Source of the DNA: Vicugna vicugna
Lineage: Eukaryota
Assembly (NCBI GenBank): GCA_013265495.1
Contig: MU058718.1
Coordinates: 4,784,404 to 4,848,403, forward strand
DNA: 64,000 bases
Reading direction: 5' to 3'
Part shown: in pieces, positions 61,555 to 64,000 of the stretch
How positions within the stretch are numbered: the first letter of the stretch is position 1
How the letters are laid out: every line of letters begins with the position of its first letter
Translations under genes and position numbers: made by a program
The notes under the pieces: model-generated
Database searches by the model: none
Told to the model about the DNA's origin: nothing
What the model saw: only the letters and a program-made list of their open reading frames with translations

Positions 61555-62266
61555 CATAAAGGCAAATACAAATGAAAAATAAGAGGCTTAATTCTACCTG
61601 TTGAAAATAGAGACTCTTCCCTTTTCTTAGAAGATTTATTTTAGAAAATTTGTAATTTCAGTTTCCTCTGTCTCTTTGAAATGCATGTAAACACCTTTTA
61701 AAGCTAAATAAGTCTCTTATCAGTTTCTTTTTTTGACCCAAGAATGTCTTTCTCAAGGACCTGGAAGCAATTCTTGGAAATATAATCATCAAGGAAGACA
61801 GTGCCTCTAGTTTCCCAGTTTCTATAAGAGAGTAGAGGCTCACTTCACAGGGTGCCGGCCTCCAAAACCACCTCATATCATAAAGATATGGGAGAATTAT
61901 TTTTTTTTTAAAGATAAAACCATCTAGCTAGCACCGATGGTCACTTTAATTACCAAGTGGGTATCAGATGAACCATGTGTGACAAATGGTGCTGCCAAGT
62001 CCTGAGGCACTAGTTGTTTTTTCACCTGAGGACTAGTTATTTTTATATATCTACGTGTGTGTGTGTGTGTGTCGTGGGTTGTATCTGCTTGGGAGTAAAC
62101 AGTGAGATTTCTTTCTGTCTTTGCAGTCTCTTAGTGGATTGTCTGTGATGTGCTTCACATTCTGGTTTAATGCTTATTTAGCAATAAAACTGTTTTCTTT
62201 ATCACTTTTGCTGAGAGCTTTTCTAGATTGGCAGGGGATTTTGTTTTTAATTGTATTTCCCCAACA
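61555..62266 (+). mobile_element. ERV1 solo LTR, MER34-like
   Basis: GACCCAAGAATGTCTTTCTCAAGGACCTGG; TGTGTGACAAATGGTGCTG; TTAATGCTTATTTAGCAATAAAACTGTTTTC; ends ...TTTCCCCAACA; 5' boundary approximate. Confidence 0.8.
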
Positions 62267-62511
62267 GCTTCCTTTGTGGAAGTGCCATTGGGTGATTAGT
62301 AAAGGTTTATTAAAATAGCCTAGGCACAGCTGTTAGAATTTCTTGTGTCATGAAAAAATTAGTGCAGCCGAACTGCGCTGAGGATTGTTCCATGTGCTTT
62401 AATATATTTTTCTTCTGATTCGAAAACCTGAGAGATGTCAGTTTCATTTTCTTGTACATTTTAAAAGATAAAAAGATAACTATTCAAACAATAATACATT
62501 AGTTATCATTA

Positions 62512-63053
62512 TGTTACCCAAAAAGAGGAAGGGAAAAACCTCGGTTCTTGTCTTGCCTGAAAGAGAAGAATTCAGATGGGAGATGTAAGCATTGTGTAGT
62601 GAAAGATTTTAAAGATTTAATAAGTAGAGCAAAAGTACACCTCCAGGAACAGGAGGCGGGCTGATCCAAGGGAGGACGGCAGTGGTCTTTGTCCCCTTCT
62701 CTTACACTCTCGCTTAGAGGCGGTCTCTTGATTGCCGGCTCTTGCCCCTGGAGTGCTTGGTCATGCTCATCCCCTTTTGTGCATGTCTTTACCCATGATG
62801 TACACAGAAAGGCCCATAGGGGAGACCTAAACTGCAGTGTCTATTTTATTACAATGAGCATCAGGTCATGTACAGTTAGGTCCTTGCTACCACGCAGTTG
62901 CGGCTGTTGGGTTCTAACCGGTTTTGTTGCTGGCACTCTTTAGAGGAAGTAAAGCCCCTTTATGTGAAGGCAGGCATACCACCATCTTCTGGACCATCCT
63001 CTTTCTCCTCCACCAGATCTGTCTGGTGCCCCCACTTACCTAATTACCTATCA
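62512..63053 (-). mobile_element. Intact ERV1-class solo LTR (542 bp)
   Basis: TG...CA termini with a perfect 4-bp TSD ATTA (62508-62511 / 63054-63057); antisense U5-like GAAAGAGAAGAATTCAG; CpGs retained. Confidence 0.8.
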
Positions 63054-63659
63054 ATTATATACATTTTATATATTTTATAAAATACCATGGAGGGCTGGTG
63101 TTAAAATTCCCTAAATTTCACTTCTGAGATTGAGCCTTTGACTCCTTCTCCTGCCATCTGCCTCTAAACCTTCGCACCTGCTTGGAATCCTTTTCTTTTT
63201 CCCTTCTTCACCGATGTTGGGGGAAGTCTGCCTAGATGGGAAGGGTGGAGCTAGGGAAGATGCTGTGTGCCTGTAGGCTCTACTGTTGCTTGGTGGCCAC
63301 TCAGTATGCCAAGTCATTAAACCAGAGCAAGGCTAAAGACTGTTAAGACAAATTCTTTTTGATCTCTTTCCATCAACATTTGGCCAGAATAAGCATACCT
63401 CTTTTTATTTAATTTTTTTTCTTTGCCACATTCAAATAATTAATTAAAAAAATTCAAGTCTTTCCAATAAGCTTTCGGCTTCCATTTTTCATCAACATTT
63501 AATGAGATTTAAATATAATTTATATAATATAGTGAGCACAGAGCGCATGGAAGGGAGTCAGTGCTAGGTGTTATTAGGTATTGTAGGCCACATAATGGGG
63601 AAGGTGGAGGTGGAGGGAAGATGGGGAGGAATACGGTGACCTTAAATGCAGTATTATAT

Positions 63660-63775
63660 CACTTTTATGTAAACTTAAGAAAATTCTATAATCCCTCTCT
63701 GAGTCTGTCTTCTCATTTTCTGGGTGTGAATAATGCTAGATGACGTATTAAAATCGGAAAGAGTTTTGAAGGTAA
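63660..63775 (+). mobile_element. MIR/MIR3 fragment
   Basis: CCCTCTCTGAGTCTGTCTTCTCATTTTC...GAAAGAGTTTTGAAG. Confidence 0.45.
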
Positions 63776-64000
63776 GATCAGAAAGCAGAATGGAAGAGGT
63801 GAGTTCCTGGAGAGGGCTTTGGTGGCCTCCCCTCTTGCCTTCAGGATAAATCCCAGGTACAAAGGCCCAGGGAGGTACGTGATTCAAGCTTTCTCCTCAG
63901 CCAGTTCTGTTGACTCACACACAGTTTTTCTAACCAGCGCTCAAGAAGCACTTAATTGTGCACCTCAGCACTGGTCCTCAAATGAACTTCATCAGAAGGG

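Overview
Mammalian genomic DNA, most likely camelid (alpaca/vicuna/camel), judged from tRNA-derived vic-1-type SINEs (7708-7832, 16801-16890) and several artiodactyl/camelid-type L1 3' ends. The window reads as intronic or intergenic. I found no recognisable protein-coding gene, and the short ORFs in the track look like chance or repeat-derived ORFs. Much of it is interspersed repeat: MaLR (MLT1) and ERV1/ERVL solo LTRs, L1, L2, MIR, MER5-type DNA transposons and microsatellites. Repeat families were assigned from memory of consensus sequences, so subfamily names and most boundaries are approximate unless a target-site duplication (TSD) is quoted. The most notable items are: a chimeric L1 insertion (young 3'UTR fused to an old L1MC/MD-type tail) inside one 19-bp TSD; an A-B-A'-B template-switch-like rearrangement; an intact MER41-like solo LTR with a STAT-type palindrome; a near-consensus CTCF site in unique sequence; and several repeat-poor blocks that look like enhancers. 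I see no evidence for a novel multi-gene system.
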